A stretch of 64,000 nt of DNA from Macrostomum hystrix (lineage: Eukaryota > Animalia > Platyhelminthes): assembly GCA_950097015.1 (NCBI GenBank), contig CATNEN010000009.1:806001-870000 (forward strand), in the 5' to 3' direction. This document shows, one piece after another, positions 38,158 to 51,475 of this stretch (its first letter is position 1; each line of letters begins with the position of its first letter). The translations under genes were made by a program, and so were the position numbers. The notes below the pieces were generated by a model, which saw only the letters and a list, made by a program, of their open reading frames with translations, had not been told where the DNA came from and did not search any database.

Positions 38158-39935
38158 GTGATCAGAGAGAGACCAGATAGAGACTGGAGAAAGATCAGAG
38201 AGAGACCAGATAGAGACTGGGGAGAGATCAGAGAGAGACCAGATAGAGACTGGAGAGAGATCAGAGAGAGACCAGATAGAGACTGGAGAAAGATCAGAGA
38301 GAGACCAGATAGAGACTGGGGAGAGATCAGAGAGAGACCAGATAGAGACTGGAGAGAGATCAGAGAGGCCAGATAGAGACTGGAGAAAGATCAGAGAGAG
38401 ACCAGATAGAGACTGGGGAGAGATCAGAGAGAGACCAGATAGAGACTGGGGAGAGATCAGAGAGAGACCAGATAGAGACTGGAGAGAGATCAGAGAGGCC
38501 AGATAGAGACTGGAGAAAGATCAGAGAGACCAGATAGAGACTGGAGAAAGATCAGAGAGACCAGAGAGAGACTGGAGAAAGACCAGAGAGAGACCAGAGA
38601 GAGACTGGAGAAAGACCAGAGAGAGACTGGGGAGAGATCAGAGAGACCAGCTAGAGACTGGAGAGAGATCAGAGAGAGACCAGCTAGAGACTGGAGAAAG
38701 TTCAGAGAGAGACCAGAGAGAGACTGGAGAAAGACCAGAGAGACTGGGGAGAGATCAGAGACACCAGCTAGAGACTGGAGAGAGATCAGAGACACCAGCT
38801 AGAGACTGTTGAGAGATCATAGAGACACCAGCTAGAGACTGGAGAGAGATCAGAGACACCAGCTAGAGACTGGAGAGAGATCAGAGACACCAGCTAGAGA
38901 CTGAGAGAGATCAGAGACACCAGCTAGAGACTGTTGAGAGATCATAGAGACAGCGGGGTTTCCAGCGCATTACCGCAGTGCCCCGCATTCCACCGCATTA
39001 CCGAGAGACTGGAGAAAGACCAGAGAGAGACTGGAGAGAGATCAGAGAGAGACCAGCTAGAGACTGGAGAGAGATCAGAGACACCAGCTAGAGACTGGAG
39101 GCAGATCAGAGACACCAGCTAGAGACTGGAGAGAGATCAGAGACACCATCTAGAGACTGGAGAGAGATCAGAGACACCATCTAGAGACTGGAGAGAGATC
39201 AGAGACACCATCTAGAGACTGGAGAGATATCAGAGACACCAGCTAGAGACTGGAGAGAGATCAGAGACACCAGCTAGAGACTGTTGAGAGATCAGAGACA
39301 CCAGCTAGAGACTGAGAGAGAGATCAGAGACACCAGCTAGAGACTGGAGAGAGATCAGAGACACCAGCTAGAGACTGTTGAGAGATCATAGAGACACCAG
39401 CTAGAGACTGGAGAGAGATCAGAGACACCAGCTAGAGACTGGAGAGAGATCAGAGACACCAGCTAGAGACTGTTGAGAGATCATAGAGACACCAGCTAGA
39501 GACTGGAGAGATATCAGAGACACCAGCTAGAGACTGGAGAGAGATCAGAGACACCAGCTAGAGACTGTTGAGAGATCAGAGACACCAGCTAGAGACTGAG
39601 AGAGAGATCAGAGACACCAGCTAGAGACTGGAGAGAGATCAGAGACACCAGCTAGAGACTGAGAGAGATCAGAGACACCAGCTAGAGACTGTTGAGAGAT
39701 CATAGAGACAGCGGGGTTTCCAGCGCATTACCGCAGTGCCCCGCATTCCACCGCATTACCGAGAGACTGGAGAAAGACCAGAGAGAGACTGGAGAGAGAT
39801 CAGAGAGAGACCAGCTAGAGACTGGAGAGAGATCAGAGAGAGACCAGCTAGAGACTGGAGAGAGATCAGAGACACCAGCTAGAGACTGGAGGCAGATCAG
39901 AGACACCAGCTAGAGACTGGAGAGAGATCATAGAG
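38158..39935. repeat. About 31-33-bp purine-rich minisatellite (GAGACTGGAGAGAGATCAGAGACACCAGCTA)n with captured unique islands
   Basis: Direct inspection. Confidence 0.95.
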
Positions 39936-41534
39936 ACAGCGGGGTTTCCAGCGCATTACCGCAGTGCCCCAGAGGCCGTGCAGGCGGCAGTGGATGGTGG
40001 CTGCTGTGGGCACGGGGTCTGAGACCCGCCTGCAAAACAGGGCTAGCGCCCGCGGTCTGGCATGGCCGTTGCTATGACTGCTGGTCACATGGGCAACCAC
40101 AGACGCGGTAGCAATGGGGTTAGTCGAGCTGTGCCGGCTCAGAAGCTCATCCTATTGTGTTAGTGAACCACGATAGTAGCAGAGTGGAAAGTAAAATTCA
40201 ACTTAGTTTTTATACGAAAATCAAGATACCAGTAACGATAAACATACAAAAAATCAGTAGGTACAGACGAGAGAAGCTATGGAGTGCAAATGCATTGTTC
40301 TATATTATGTGTAGCTCTGTTAGATTAGAGGTAAACCACTTATCTAGATGCCTCACGCTAGATTGGTCTGATGAACCTATCACTTAGATCACGAGGCTAA
40401 TGGGCCAATGTAGCAAGGGTGGCCAATTTTCAGTGCACTCAATGAGAGTTGATGTGTGAACTGGAATATTTGAAGAAATCCTCATACAATAAAGTAACAC
40501 AGGGTGAATCAACCGATGCCTAACTAAAACTGAGAGCCCTCAGACTTTGATTCAGAAGGATGCAAATCAGGGGGTGGGGAATCGGGGATGTTTAGTGAGA
40601 GCGACACTGATTAGAGAGCCCAGCTGGATGATAAATTTACGTGCGAGGATCGCAAAAACACATGGACTCCGCAAACACATCCTAAACTTAAACTAATCCT
40701 AAACTTGCGGGGAATTGAGGCAGACTAAAATACAGAAGGAAGAAAATTTATGGGAAGAAAAGAGAGAGGAAGGCCGGCAGGGAGGGTGGGGACAACGGTA
40801 AGTCACGAGGCAGTCCAGACAGACAGCGGAAGGTAAAAATTTTTGATAGTCGGCCCGAACCCAACCCCAAACCTTTATCCCACCTGCAGCCGCACTGCAG
40901 TTCGTCTGAATTCGACTCCCCTTCTCTGCTGGCACGCGGGTCTGCAAGGCCTTATTACAGTCCCCAAGGTCAAGAGTGGGCAGCCTTGGAATGCAAAGAG
41001 CAGCATGGCATGCAGGGGAGGCTCCGCTGTTCATTACCAAGCGAACAGCAGGTGCCGCGATATGGGAAGAGTTCGGGAAGAACTGCTCCCGTCTTGGCTA
41101 ACAGCGCAGGAATTTCGCCCTGCCTGTCCAGCCAACGCAAAGAAACCGGCCAAGAAGGGGCGCGCGGGGTCAGGTATACGGAGCGGGGGCGGGTCGTCAG
41201 GAATGCCGCGTGGTGTGCACCGCAACAAATCAAGCTAGTTGCCGTAATGCGGCAGACAATTTTAATAGCTGGCATGTCAACTTACAAGAGTGCATTGCGC
41301 TACATTCAACTTGGACTAGGGACAGTGCTAATTGGGGCCTGGCTCATTGTCTAAAGTCTTGAATTATGGAATTCCGCAACCATGGGGTTTTAGAACTGCA
41401 ATTTTTTGTCACACGAGGATCCGCCTCGAAGGCGTAGAATCAAGTGTATACTAAATTAAGCGTGTAGGTACACTAAGAGAATTAGTGTATTGTGCTTTTG
41501 GCACCTTCTCAGCGCACGGTCAGCCTCAATTTAC

Positions 41535-41822
41535 CGGATACCGCCGTCTGTACATCAGCGAGTTCGGCCTTATCTGCGTGGCCAACTGAGGCGACAGCGG
41601 TGGCTGCCTCGATGTAGGCGGCTGCTGAGTCGCGGTGCGCAGGCTGAGCAGGCCACTGGGCGACTCTCGCAGGCTGCCGCTGACCGAGGAGCGGCTGCTC
41701 ACAAACACATAGTCATCATCCTCGGCTATGGGACTGTCCATCTGGGACGGCTCTTTAGTGCCTAGCGAAGCGATGCGACCACTGGGGCGGCGGCATTCTG
41801 TATGGCGAGCCCTGGCACTCTC
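41535..41822 (-). CDS. Candidate MAST upstream exon (ESARARH...EDDDYVFVSSRSS...YRRRYP)
   Basis: GC-rich open frame of 96 codons; CAG|GAG acceptor and CCG|GTAAAT donor, phase 0-0. Confidence 0.5.
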
Positions 41823-43205
41823 CTGCACTTCAGCTGCAGAATTTTAATGAAGGACTGCGAAGGATTTGGCTCGCACGTCTGAGAGGATTTTTCTACTCGA
41901 TTCTCGCGTGCGCCAACTTTCGTCTGTTAGACAAGAAAATGATTTTTCTTGGCACGCTTGGCACGTTTAATCTGCAGTAACAGAAGCCAGAGGCTTAGAG
42001 TGTAGAAAGTCTGGACGCCACGTGTCTCGCCCTGTCACTCCGCTAGACAAGATAGTAATGCCTCAGAGCGCGCCAATGCGAATATATTATGTCGAGCAGA
42101 CCTGGCGAGAACTCTACTCCGCGAGCAAGCATTGTTGTGCATAGGACTTTCTCTACCCCGTTTTCTCTGACTGCCTGGCCCAGCAACAGCAGCAGCAGTA
42201 GCCCAAAGTGCGCCAGTTAGTCCCATTCTGTTGTGCCGCTGTGCTCCAGACAAAGAATGGATTGCAGGAGTACACTCTCCGCTTCCGTCCACTCACAGTG
42301 GCCGGCAGTCAGGGCGCGAACTCTGTTCACGCAGATTCGCAATTAACATTGCTGAGATTATGGAAAAAGTGACCCTTAATAAAAGCTCAGACATCACTTT
42401 CACTAGCCGCCAAGCTGTGTGACGCAAATACCAATTCTTATTACTAGTTCTCAGGGGCCAAACAACTCCATTGAGCAGCCGGGGCGACACGAGTTAAGCC
42501 TCTTTCGTGGCGATGCATAAAAACCACAAGGAACGCTAGGAAATATGCAAATCGAACTTCGGGCCCGTCATCCCGGGCAATCATCCGTTGCCGGATCCCC
42601 CAAATCGAGGGAAATGAGAGTAGAGTAGGAGAGAGGCGAGAAAGGGAGAGAAAATGGGAAGAGTGGAAAATAGGGGAATTTTCGCTGGCTATGAGCTAAT
42701 TTTCTAATACAGAGACCCCTGAAGAGAAGTGAAGAGCCGACTCTCGAGAGAGACGGCAGTTAAATTGCAACCACATATTTTTTGTATTCGCAGCAACGCA
42801 TTGGGGCACAGAAAGATCCTGGCTCAATTATTTCGCATTTAAATTCGCGCCAAAAATTAATTTAAACCAAAATTGATATAAAAAACAAGGCAAGTTCATC
42901 AACGACCTTTAAAGTCTGCGCTGTTCACTTTTTACTGGGAATGGAAAATAATTTAGCGAATTGCTTGATATCTCAACACTAGGCGCTTATCGATTACAGG
43001 GGAAAATTCTAGAACTACATCCAGTTATTAGCGTAAAGCACTCGATTCGATCCTTTACCAATCAACGGACTTGGATTAAAAAGTTATGGCGAACTAAAAA
43101 AACAACTAAGGCCCAGGCAAGGCAAACTAAGATTTTAAGTCTCAGACTTAATAAGAATGAGGACACTATTTGGAAAAATTCTTTGGAATAACTATTTGGA
43201 AGACA

Positions 43206-43206
<1 letters not shown>

Positions 43207-43236
<30 letters not shown>

Positions 43237-43531
43237 TGATTCCACCTGCCCGAATCGGGCCAAATGTACAGCCGACAGCACAGCTGCTGCAGCTACTGCG
43301 CGGCGCATCTGAAGACTGCGTACAGCTGTTCAGTCCATGGACTGGGGAGACGCGACACCCACCTTCAATTATCCCATCTAATGCTGTTACCCATTTTACA
43401 GCTGGGTGAACTGAAGCACTGCAGAGTTAAGTGTCTTGCTAAAGGACACAAAGTGTTTCAGTGGAGTCGGGAATCGAACCCCGACCTTCAAGTCGTGAGT
43501 CCGACGCCCTAACCACTAGGCTACAACCTCT
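43207..43531 (-). mobile_element. tRNA-derived CORE-type SINE, near full length
   Basis: Minus strand has A box TAGCCTAGTGG and B box GGTTCGATTCCC; MIR-core-like segment (plus: AACTGAAGCACTGCAGAGTTAAGTGTCTTGCTAAAGGACAC); ends in an (ATT)10 tail. Confidence 0.8.
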
Positions 43532-43887
43532 TAATAATACAGAAACGCCATTAAAGAAGAGAGAAAGATGCTACTTCTGGTTAACTGGGTAGCTATGATA
43601 GAATCACAAGCTCAGTCTCAAACACAGCACAAGTGACAGCGGAGCTGATCACTACGGATTAATCTAGGAAAACAGTCTCGAATGTCCACACGAGAACCTG
43701 AACAGAGATCTTTTAAACATGGAAAGAGTCCCGCTTGGACAAAGGGCATCCGACTAATTTGCTTTGATCAGCTCAGGACCGGCTTTGGTGTTTACGGACT
43801 AAGTCGAGCTCAAAGTACGCCTAACCTTCCTGTATTTGTGCTGCTCTATCAAGCCGAAGTAAAATGTGATTCCAAAGCTCCGCATAC

Positions 43888-44178
43888 CAAAGTGCAGCTT
43901 CGCGGCCTTGGCATCTTCAGCAGCGGCTTCCGGCGCAGAATCACGTGCGAAATGGAACTGCCCGAGCCTGAATGACTGCCAGCGGCGGCCGCGGCGGCGG
44001 CGGCGGCCATCGCACGCCGATGACGCAGTCGGGCTGGCATTGGAGTCCCGGCTACCAGCGGAGACGTATTCACAGACGATGGCGCGTCAGTGAAAGAGGA
44101 TGAGGAGGAGCTGGTGATGGAACGGACCCGGTGATACTGACGGTTGGCCGGACTGGCCTGGGTGCCCGGTCTGAGCAT
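43888..44178 (-). CDS. Candidate MAST upstream or alternative first exon (...RPRSCTL)
   Basis: ATG at 44178 or phase-0 acceptor at 44157; poly-S/poly-A peptide; donor TTG|GTATGC (phase 0). Confidence 0.5.
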
Positions 44179-46934
44179 GGCTGCTCAAAGTGTTGCTCAA
44201 ATGTGTCTGCAGACTTACGGATGAGCCATTTTGCCTACAGTCGTCTGGCCTGGATGCGAGTCAGTTTGTCAGTGCTGAGGACGGCTCCGGGCCCACAAGT
44301 GTGTTTGGGTGGCGAGCGCTGCTAAAGCGAGTGAGCTCGGGACGCGACTCAATTCTGTCACGCGATGCGCGGCAGACGAACGGGACTGGCCGAGACAGGA
44401 GACACAAAAAGCGCTCTGGGAAAGCAGCGAATTAGACAGCAACGGCGACTGGAGAAGACAAGCAGGCTTCGAGCGGACACGGACCAGGCGGAGCTGGGGA
44501 TTTTTCGCCCCCAGTGTAGCTTGGTGCAGCTTGGCCGTGGATTTGCTAGCCAGAAAGGCTCGGGGTTGGAGGCGTATGAAGGAAGGGAGAACAGGCGGGC
44601 AGAGGCGGGGCAGTTTTATTCCCCCCGCCAAGCCACCAGACCAGCCCGGTCCCGTTAGCTTCTCTCCTCTCTGCCTTTTTGGTTTGAGCGACTATCATTG
44701 GGCCACAGCAGGCACGATAAGCCAGCCCCCTCTCAGATGCAGCAACAGCAGCAGCCACTGCATCGAGTGAATGAAATCTCAATTGGCAACGCTTTGGCAA
44801 CTCTTATTCTTAAGTAATATCATTTTATCACAGACCAGCAATAATTTTAGTACACTGGTCGGCAGGACTGGAGATGAGATTCGTTTGAATACCGGTCCAG
44901 TCACGCGTCTAAAGTGCATTTAAATGGGCCGAATAGAAAAGGCAGTAAATAAAAAAGGCAGACTGGGTTGCTTCTGTGGGGTCTGAAGGTCGCGGATGAC
45001 TCCGCAGATGAGTCAGTGGGATTTGAGGCTCCCCTTCATACCCAAACCCACACTGCTGATAGTTGCGCGGCTCAGCTACTCTTCATTCACGGAAAGAGAG
45101 AGAGAAAGGGAGGCTCAAAGCAGGGAGGTACGGCGCTGCTCTCGCCCCTTCATTCCTGCATCCAGCGGCCTACAGCCAGGGAGCGCGCAATCGATCTTCA
45201 CACACACACACACACAGGTCCCGTCCGCAAGCACGATGAGGAGTGGGAGAAGCTGCATGGGGATCCGAGAGGATCAGAGAGGCCGGGGCCATGGGAGGGA
45301 GAAATTGAAGGGAGAGAGGGAAATGGGATGCGATGAGGCAGAGGAGAGGAGCCTGAGGCGGCTGTGTGTGGGTGTGTCAGTACAGCCCAACTCAGGGTGC
45401 TAGGAGTACGGGTGCTCCCACAGGAGAAGGGGTGTCTCGCAGTGAGTGTGCAAGCCGAGTCCAAAAAAGCAACCAGGCTGCGACTCTCTCGTGCCAGTTT
45501 GTAGAAAGTACACGCGAATTGTAGTGCTTCAGCGGACGGGTACGTTCGCGCCCACACAAAATCGTCATTTTTTAGCTTGGAAAGGTATTCTATTCTGATT
45601 TACTTTGTCCCCATGGCATACTCGCCTACTCGTTCCGTCAACCAACGCCTCGATTTTAGCGGCTGGCCATAAATAAATCCGACGTGATTTATCACGCATT
45701 TTTAAGTCTACGATTAGAATGGAAATTGTTAAAGAAGTGAGCTAAACGGAACGCAGGCCAATTCGCAGCGGGGTGAAGTTCAGCGCATTGAAAGGCAATC
45801 AGGGAGTTAATGCCTTCGCTCATTACCAATTAATGCAATTTTTAAGAGGGCCAGGAAATCAACTGTGGCAATAAAATTTTTGAAAGAGCCAAAGGACAGC
45901 CCGGTCCATAGTCGCGGCGCAGAAAATGCGAGTTACGTTTAACTTACTGCGCAAAGAGGCGAGAGAGACAATGGATGGGAAGACAAAACGGCACGACACA
46001 ATTTATTGCCCGCAGCTGACGGCCATAATTTAGCGAATGCCTCTCTGAATGCGGACAGCTAAGAAAGAATCCGAGTCACGTAAATAGTAGGAGAAGCGCA
46101 GCAAAAGTACAAGCGCACTCCTATATTTTTACCGCCTTCCTAGACTTCCATCGCTCTCTTATGGCTAAACTTGCAAGCGATCTTGAATAGGCAGACGGTG
46201 GCAAGCGATGACAGGATTGATCGGCAGAAACCTGCGATTGATGGAGACCAGGCCGGAGATGCAGAGAGGCCGGACCGATTCCACATCAGCGCTTTTAGTT
46301 ATCTTGACGATCAGCCTGCAGGAAGTGCGGCCGCACTGAAGCCCAGACAACAAGAGCTAATCTGCTGAGGCTGGATGGAGTTACAGATCAGCCAGCTTAC
46401 TAGAGGAGGCCTGGGGGGCGAGACAACTTGCTCAACTTGCTTAGTTAACAATGGACCATCTCCCTGGTTGACAATGGCCTGAATATGGGCTGAAAAACTA
46501 AGAATTACGAACAATGAAGGTCGAATTTTCCAGCCAGCGTCTATGAAAAGATCACACTAGCCTCGGCCAAGAAATCTTGGGAGGCCGGGCAAGGCGCAAG
46601 GCGCAGTTTGCACAGCAGAAGCACGCCTGAATCTGAGAGCAGCACAGGTTCGCTGCTATGCAATTCCGGTGGCATGAAGCCCAGCACAGACCGTGGGGAA
46701 CAGGGAAGAACCAAGGCACCAAAGAAAGCAAGCACCTTTCAATTTATCATTTGGCCCATTCAGAAAAAATCTAAAGATTCCGCTAGTAAGTCGACTGCCG
46801 TTTGTATATGCAATTGAGGCAGTGTTGATAGCCAAAGCCTTTATGCAGAAAGGTCAAAATTAAAAAAATGCTGCGGAATCCAGTGACAAACGAAACGACA
46901 ATCGGAGCTCGGAGCTGACTAAACTGCCTAATGA

Positions 46935-47635
46935 ACTGTCTGACACTCACCCCACCTATCAGTCTCTGGTAGTCACTCACCCCAACCTATCAGTCTCTGG
47001 TAGACACTCACCCCAACCATCAGTCTCTGGTAGACACTCACCCCAACCATCAGTCTCTGGTAGTCACTCACCCCAACCATCAGTCTCTGGAAGACACTCA
47101 CCTCAACCTATCAGTCTCTGGTAGACACTCACCCCAACCACCAGTCTCTGGAAGACACTCACCTCAACCTATCAGTCTCTGGAAGACACTCACCTCAACC
47201 TATCAGTCTCTGGAAGACACTCACCTCAACCTATCAGTCTCTGGAAGACACTCACCTCAACCTATCAGTCTCTGGAAGACACTCACCCCAACCTATCACT
47301 CTCTGGTAGACACTCACCCCAACCACCAGTCTCTGGAAGACACTCACCTCAACCTATCAGTCTCTGGAAGACACTCACCCCAACCACCAGTCTCTGGAAG
47401 ACACTCACCTCAACCTATCAGTCTCTGGAAGACACTCATCCAACCTATCAGTCTCTGGAAGACACTCACCCCAACCTATCAGTCTCTGGTAGACACTCAC
47501 CCCAACCACCAGTCTCTGGAAGACACTCACCCCAACCTATCAGTCTCTGGAAGACACTCACCCCAACCACCAGTCTCTGGAAGACACTCACCTCAACCTA
47601 TCAGTCTCTGGAAGACACTCATCCAACCTATCGGT
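46935..47635. repeat. 31-bp minisatellite (CTATCAGTCTCTGGAAGACACTCACCTCAAC)n
   Basis: About 22 copies. Confidence 0.95.
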
Positions 47636-48464
47636 CTCATCTAGACAGGTCGATCCACCTAACCGCCCCGGTAGCGAACGGGAACGGACGGGACGGGAAT
47701 CAGAGGAGCAGCAGCTGACTGCAGTGCGGTGGGAATATGGCTCAGACAATAAAAGTGCGCGCTTGAAGCAGACAATAATCATAGCCACAATCTAATAATA
47801 GTAAAACTAAAACAATCAACTCAGCAGAGCCATGAGTGCGGGATTTGGGGCTGAAAGAAGGAAGTCAGGAAGGGAAAAAGATAAGTGTCGCGGGAATATC
47901 GCAGTGCCAGCCAGCCACCAGAAGTACGCGGTCGGGCCAGCCATTATCGGCGCGGATCGGCTAAGATTAATTATTAAAGGCTGGAGATGGAGTGCCGCAG
48001 AGACGGCTGGAACGCGGTGTCTGTTGGCTACTGAAGTAGCAGACAAAGCAATTTTCTCGGCGCAGAAGAGAGGAAATGCGCCGGCCTGGCCAGTCACCGT
48101 GTGATTATTCATCGGCTGGCGGCTACGGTGGGACACAGGCGAGACACTGACACGGACCTCGGCGTGAGGAAAAATAACTAATCAGGAGAGCCGCTTGTGT
48201 GCTTGAAGCCTACTGATTAGCCTACTATTAGTAGGCTAGTGGAAATTTCCGAGCTAACTTTGTAGTCAATACAGGAATTATTTGCATTTTAGACTAACGA
48301 GCTGGCCGGAAATCATTAGGGATTATTAGCCATTTCCGGCCGGCTGGGACCGCGAGAAATTTTCATTAACAATCATCTAATGCGAAATTGGACAGACAAA
48401 GGATCTAGGTTAGTGACAAACAGCTAATGATAATAGTTGCTGTGTACATGCAGCTATAGGGAGA

Positions 48465-50225
48465 GAATGGATTGCTAATCTATCCAACAGACGAATGAGT
48501 AGAATGGACTGCTAATCTATCCAACAGATGAATGAGTAGAATGGACTGCTAATCTATCCAACAGATGAATGAGCAGAATGGACTGCTAATCTATCCAACA
48601 GACGAATGAGTAGAATGGACTGCTAATCTATCCAACAGACGAATGAGTAGAATGGATTGCTAATCTATCCAACAGACGAATGAGTAGAATGGACTGCTAA
48701 TCTATCCAACAGATGAATGAGTAGAATGGATTGCTAATGTATCCAACAGACGAATGAGTAGAATGGACTGCTAATCTACCCAACAGATGAATGAGTAGAA
48801 TGGACTGCTAATCTACCCAACAGATGAATGAGTAGAATGGACTGCTAATCTATCCAACAGATGAATGAGTAGAATGGACTGCTAATCTATCCAATAGAAA
48901 AATGAGTAGAATGGACTGCTAATCTATCCAACAGAATAATGAGTAGAATGGATTGCTAATCTATCCAACAGAATAATGAGTAGAATGGACTGCTAATCTA
49001 TCCAACAGATGAATGAGTACAATGGATTGCTAATCTATCCAACAGATGAATGAGTAGAATGGACTGCTAATCTATCCAACAGAATAATGAGTAGAATGGA
49101 TTGCTAATCTATCCAACAGACGAATGAGTTGAATGGACTGCTAATCTATCCAACAGAATAATGAGTAGAATGGATTGCTAATCTACCCAACAGACGACTG
49201 AGTAGAATGGACTGCTAATCTATCACTCAGATGAATGAGTAGAATGGACTGCTAATCTACCCAACAGACGACTGAGTAGAATGGACCCTCAAGCTAAAAC
49301 GCTGGATGGAGACACAGCATCTGGACAGATGGACCAAGACCCAGAATTGCAAGCAATCTAGGGCTGCGGTCCCTTGTCCGTCTCACCGCCTGCGCAAAGC
49401 CCTCTTAAAGCTAAACCGCAGGGATCTCCGCGCAGTCAGCATGGCCCTCTCAGGTCATGGCTGTTTCTCTCGGCACCGCTTTCTCCAGGGCCAGCTCCTG
49501 GAGGACAAATGCACTTTTTGTAGTTCGGGCAGTGAAAACGCCGAACACTTTATCTGCCAATGCCCAGTTTTCACCAGGGCAAGGCTTGAACACCTTGGGC
49601 CTAACCCAACTCTCTCCGATGTTTGCAGGCCCGAGAGCATCCCTCAGCTTGCCCGGTACCTCCGGGATACTGGGCGAGCCAACGTCTTTCCCACGGACAG
49701 TGCGGAGGACCAAGCTGCAGGCGAGTCCAACGGGCCACCCTGAGCAACACCACCTCTCCCTGAGGTCGTCTGGTTTGCCAGGGGTTAGCGGAATGGGCGG
49801 TCCTCTCCGCCTCCTCGCTGCGTCCGTCGGTACGGAGCACCCTGCAGCTAAGTCAAGTAAGTCAAGAGTAGAATGGACTGCTAATCTATCACTCAGATGA
49901 ATGAGTAGAATGGATTGCTAATCTATCCAACAGACGAATGAGTAGAATGGACTGCTAATCTATCCAACAGAATAATGAGTAGAATGGATTGCTAATCTAT
50001 CCAACAGATGAATGAGTAGAATGGACTGCTAATCTATCACTCAGATGAATGAGTAGAATGGATTGCTAATCTATCCAACAGACGACTGAGTAGAATGGAC
50101 TGCTAATCTATCACTCAGATGAATGAGTAGAATGGACTGCTAATCTATCCAACAGACGAATGAGTATAATGGACTGCTAATCAATTTAAAAAATGAGTAG
50201 AATGGATTGCTAATCTATCCAATGC
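48465..50225. repeat. 37-bp minisatellite (GAATGGACTGCTAATCTATCCAACAGATGAATGAGTA)n interrupted by a LINE fragment
   Basis: Array on both sides of 49287-49865. Confidence 0.95.
49287..49865 (+). mobile_element. 5'-truncated non-LTR retrotransposon (R1/LOA/I-group-like 3' end)
   Basis: Frame open from the insertion start; LNRRDLRAVSMALSGH and CCHC knuckle CTFC-X8-H-X4-C; short 3' UTR with an AAGTC/AAGT tail; 13-bp TSD GAGTAGAATGGAC at 49274-49286 and 49866-49878. Confidence 0.88.
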
Positions 50226-50671
50226 ACAAATGAGTATAACGTGCATCTATTATCTAGCTGGCAGTAGGCAGCAAAGGTAAAAATCGCTAATGCATACTGA
50301 CAGAGTTTCAGACTCCCTGTGCTTCAAGTAAATTCCCAGCTCGCTTCAGTTCAAGCCTCACTTTCTGCTTTAAGCCCGAGATCCCACAGTCACGGGGCAT
50401 TGCGTGCAGAGAACATATTGCTGGAACGCAAAGGTAGGCAAAAAAGCTGAGTTTGAGCAGAGGCAGGAATTTCCAGGTGTGCCGAGTCCCATGCGCGTCA
50501 AGGCGCGACTCGGGGACAGGGCGAAAGCTGGAGGGGAAAGCGGGGCGGAGTGATCCGGCTGTGAGCTCACAGCGGATCACGGACTCTTTTGAAACAGCCA
50601 GCAATGGAGTGCATTCCGCTGTTAGCGCTTCATCTAGTAGATGGCGAAAATTGAACTTGGCAGAATCTACT

Positions 50672-51475
50672 CCGCAGACACTCACCAGTCATATGGAAAT
50701 CTATCCCGCAGACACTCACCAGTCATGGAAATCTATCCAGCAGACACTCACCAGTCATGGAAATCTATCCCGCAGACACTCACCAGTCATTTGGAAATCT
50801 ATCCCGCAGACACTCACCAGTCATGGAAATCTATCCCGCAGACACTCACCAGTCATGGAAATCTATCCCGCAGACACTCACCAGTCATGGAAATCTATCC
50901 CGCAGGCACTCACCAGTCATGGAAATCTATCCCGCAGACACTCACCAGTCATATGGAAATCTATCCCGCAGACACTCACCAGTCATTTGGAAATCTACCC
51001 CGCAGACACTCACCAGTCATGGAAATCTATCCCGCAGACACTCACCAGTCATGGAAATCTATCCCGCAGATACTCACCAGTCATGGAAATCTATCCCGCA
51101 GACACTCACCAGTCATGGAAATCTATCCCGCAGACACTCACCAGTCATGGAAATCTATCCCGCAGGCACTCACCAGTCATGGAAATCTATCCCACAGACA
51201 CTCACCAGTCATTTGGAAATCTACCCCGCATGACACTCACCAGTCATTTGGAAATCTACCCCGCAGACACTCACCAGTCATTTGGAAATCTACCCAGCAG
51301 ACACTCACCAGTCATTTGGAAATCTAACCCGCATGACACTCACCAGTCATTTGGAAATCTACCCCGCAGACACTCACCAGTCATTTGGAAATCTACCCAG
51401 CAGACACTCACCAGTCATTTGGAAATCTAACCCGCATGACACTCACCAGTCATTTGGAAATCTACCCCGCATGAC
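50672..51475. repeat. 32-34-bp minisatellite (GGAAATCTATCCCGCAGACACTCACCAGTCAT)n
   Basis: About 24 copies. Confidence 0.95.

Noticed and set aside
43460-43531. tRNA-like sequence (A and B boxes)
   Set aside because: Acceptor and anticodon stems pair poorly and it continues into a CORE segment and (ATT)n tail, so it is a SINE head rather than a tRNA gene.
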